Below, one piece after another: positions 63,101 to 64,000 of a DNA stretch of 64,000 nt. Every line of letters starts with the position of its first letter. Position 1 is the first letter of the stretch. The translations under genes and the position numbers were made by a program. Origin of the DNA: Nitrospirae bacterium MYbin3 (lineage in GTDB: Bacteria; Nitrospirota; Thermodesulfovibrionia; Thermodesulfovibrionales; Dissulfurispiraceae). The DNA lies in contig PEAD01000008.1 in NCBI GenBank assembly GCA_002753335.1, positions 1 to 64,000 on the forward strand, read 5' to 3'. The notes beneath the pieces are model-generated. The model made no database searches. It was not told the origin of the DNA and saw only the letters and a program-made list of their open reading frames with translations.

Positions 63101-63337
63101 AACTTGCGGATTGTAAAAATCCTTAGCAACGTATCCGTGATCCATAGCACTGAAAATGGCTGGATGCAATACTTTCTGAATGTATAAGTGAAAGCCTTTG
63201 TTCGATAATAATATGTTCATAATATCATCTTTAGCTTGGTGGATAAAGTATCTGTTGATTGCAATATGCAGGATTGCAGCAAAAATAATTGCTACAATTA
63301 ACGGCACTATAAGGAATTGTAAAATATTTCTCCTCAT
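60161..63337 (-). CDS. Hybrid sensor histidine kinase with periplasmic c-type heme (DUF3365-like) domain, PAS-GAF-PAS, HisKA, HATPase, receiver
   Basis: TM; PRNPVNKAD..E and CMRCH; AHDFNN, DTGIG, GKGTGLGL; EDD, DVIMP, SGY, KP. Confidence 0.93.
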   Translation of the reverse strand: MRRNILQFLIVPLIVAIIFAAILHIAINRYFIHQAKDDIMNILLSNKGFHLYIQKVLHPAIFSAMDHGYVAKDFYNPQVLSSSYIVRTMHGLYNEERQKDGMRPIYYKMAANNPRNPVNKADEREAKLIKLFNENPSVKEYEEVVTVKGEKYLYYAIPFLKNEQRCMRCHGNPEDAPIGLRKLYPLEGGFHEKVGEIRAVESMRVPIEKEAYMAFMLTGSVGSGLFAIIVLFFFNTGLRQRVKEKTKSLETEILEKEKAKEDLKASEENFRTLFDKSADAIFIVGEKGEIIDVNEVVCIRYKYNKEELRSMHVTQIDSPEHAQYATERISKITEYGSYIFDTEHITKDGKVIPTEVNACYVRTQNRSFILSTCRDVTERKRSEEEENKNRTRLVSLVNILQYPWENMQSFLDYALSEAIKLTESKIGYIYHYDEDRRQFILNSWSKDVMKECSITKPETCYELDNTGIWGEAVRQRKEIIVNDFEAENSLKKGYPEGHVRLFKYMTVPVFNDNRIIAVVGVANKSNDYTQIDILQLQLLMDSVFKVIRQKKAEEALTEKDKQYRSMMENSPAVFYRFSTKRGGLFYSPKAAELFGCSIKTLYDNPMLWSESIHPDDKNIVIQAINDAEESKMFEVRYRLRNSNGDWRWVNDRSIVLKRSDDDLIIEGIVLDITEHKNLENQLRQSQKMEAIGTLAGGVAHDFNNILQAIIGFGTMAQKRIKDDEKARDFISEVLSSADRAAELTKSLLAFSRKQTISLKQVDLNSIVKKMHTMLVRVIGEDIELNSILLNDALPVLVDSSQIEQVLLNLATNARDAMADGGHLVIQTEEITVDKNYAEENLFESPGRYALLTVSDTGIGMDKKTKENIFEPFFTTKGIGKGTGLGLAMVYGIVKQHGGNIIVYSELGKGTTFKIYLPLANKPTETLVETDPAISFGKGEIILVAEDDERVRKIISLTLQEYGYKIIEAISGEDAVMKFLQNKDAIELLLLDVIMPIKNGKEAYEEISKHRSDIKTIFMSGYTDDIISRKGILKEGFEFISKPINPIILARKVREVLDK

Positions 63338-63549
63338 TGGTTAATCATAAAATAATAAATATAGTTTTTCAATTGTTTTCTGTATGCAACGGTTAGACAT
63401 TTCTGAAGTTCCATATTTATGGTTGTAATATTGAGAAGATCCGATGCAGGTGAAGAACTGACAACATACAAAAGCCTTGATGACTTTTTCAAAAAATGGG
63501 CGCTTAATGCTTCAAGCAAAAACCTCCACGGGGAAAAGCTGTTGCCCCC

Positions 63550-64000
63550 TCAATGCGTTAGCCCGCCGAGTTCAATAAGATATTTTTTAAAAAGCTCCAG
63601 CCCAGCCAGATGCTTAGAATCAAACCCGTAATCAATAATCTTCCAGTAAGCAACTATATCCTGTTGCGGCATAAACAGCTTCGCAGTAGAGGCCTCTGCA
63701 ATCGCTTCAAGGTCTTCAAAAGCCTTGGTCTTAGCCTCATCAAGGCTTCTCAAAAAATCAGGGTAATGCGCTTGTTTAACAGACTCTTTTCTAGCAATCC
63801 ATAAGGCGAAAACAAACGGCAGTCCGGTATGTTCATTCCATATTTTACCGAGGTCATAAACTATCAAATCTTTATTTGTGATGCATGAAGAACCTGCTTT
63901 CAAAGCATCATCGCCGATAAGAAGAAACGCCTCTTTCCCCGAAAGCTCCGGCCTGTCTGAGCTTATCAAGCTGATTTTTTTTAAACAGTAAAACCTACGC
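63550..64000 (-). CDS. mqnA: Chorismate dehydratase MqnA (futalosine pathway), 5' part off window
   Basis: LLIGDDAL, YDLG..W...TGLPFVFALW; frame open to the window edge. Confidence 0.88.
   Translation of the reverse strand, partial: RRFYCLKKISLISSDRPELSGKEAFLLIGDDALKAGSSCITNKDLIVYDLGKIWNEHTGLPFVFALWIARKESVKQAHYPDFLRSLDEAKTKAFEDLEAIAEASTAKLFMPQQDIVAYWKIIDYGFDSKHLAGLELFKKYLIELGGLTH

Noticed and set aside
63334..63631. Small ORFs 63334-63519 (-) and 63419-63631 (+)
   Set aside because: No recognisable motifs and they overlap each other or mqnA; at best fragments of a disrupted gene

Overview
Chromosomal 64-kb window from a Gram-negative bacterium. Gene order and protein style suggest Nitrospirota (Thermodesulfovibrionia-like); this is an inference, since no rRNA is present. 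It is mostly core metabolism and housekeeping: tctC/tctB, hemB, galT, rlmD-like, miaA, dxs, ispA, guaAB, msrAB, mnmA, hisAF, system II cytochrome c biogenesis, thiE, accCB, efp, coaBC, rpoZ, gmk, remA, yicC, tlyA, wrbA, xerD, lpxL, a two-subunit fumarase and mqnA. Signalling genes are numerous: a GAF/PAS kinase, a dual-CZB chemoreceptor, PilZ-HD-GYP, CBS-PAS-GGDEF and a heme-c hybrid kinase. The best candidate for an undescribed system is a ~4-kb accessory islet (about 3.5-7.5 kb). There an XRE regulator sits divergent, across two 17-bp operator-like palindromes, from an unusual outer-membrane beta-barrel gene. That protein has a ~120-aa N-terminal extension ending in an RGPP arrest-like motif, an internal signal peptide and a poly-Asn/Gly-DPG tail. 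A terminator hairpin and a radical SAM/SPASM-Twitch gene follow it. The islet is bracketed by an orphan antitoxin between direct repeats and by a vapBC pair. A 222-bp highly structured intergenic element at 22.25-22.47 kb has partial copies in that islet. No CRISPR array, tRNA, rRNA or intact transposase was seen.
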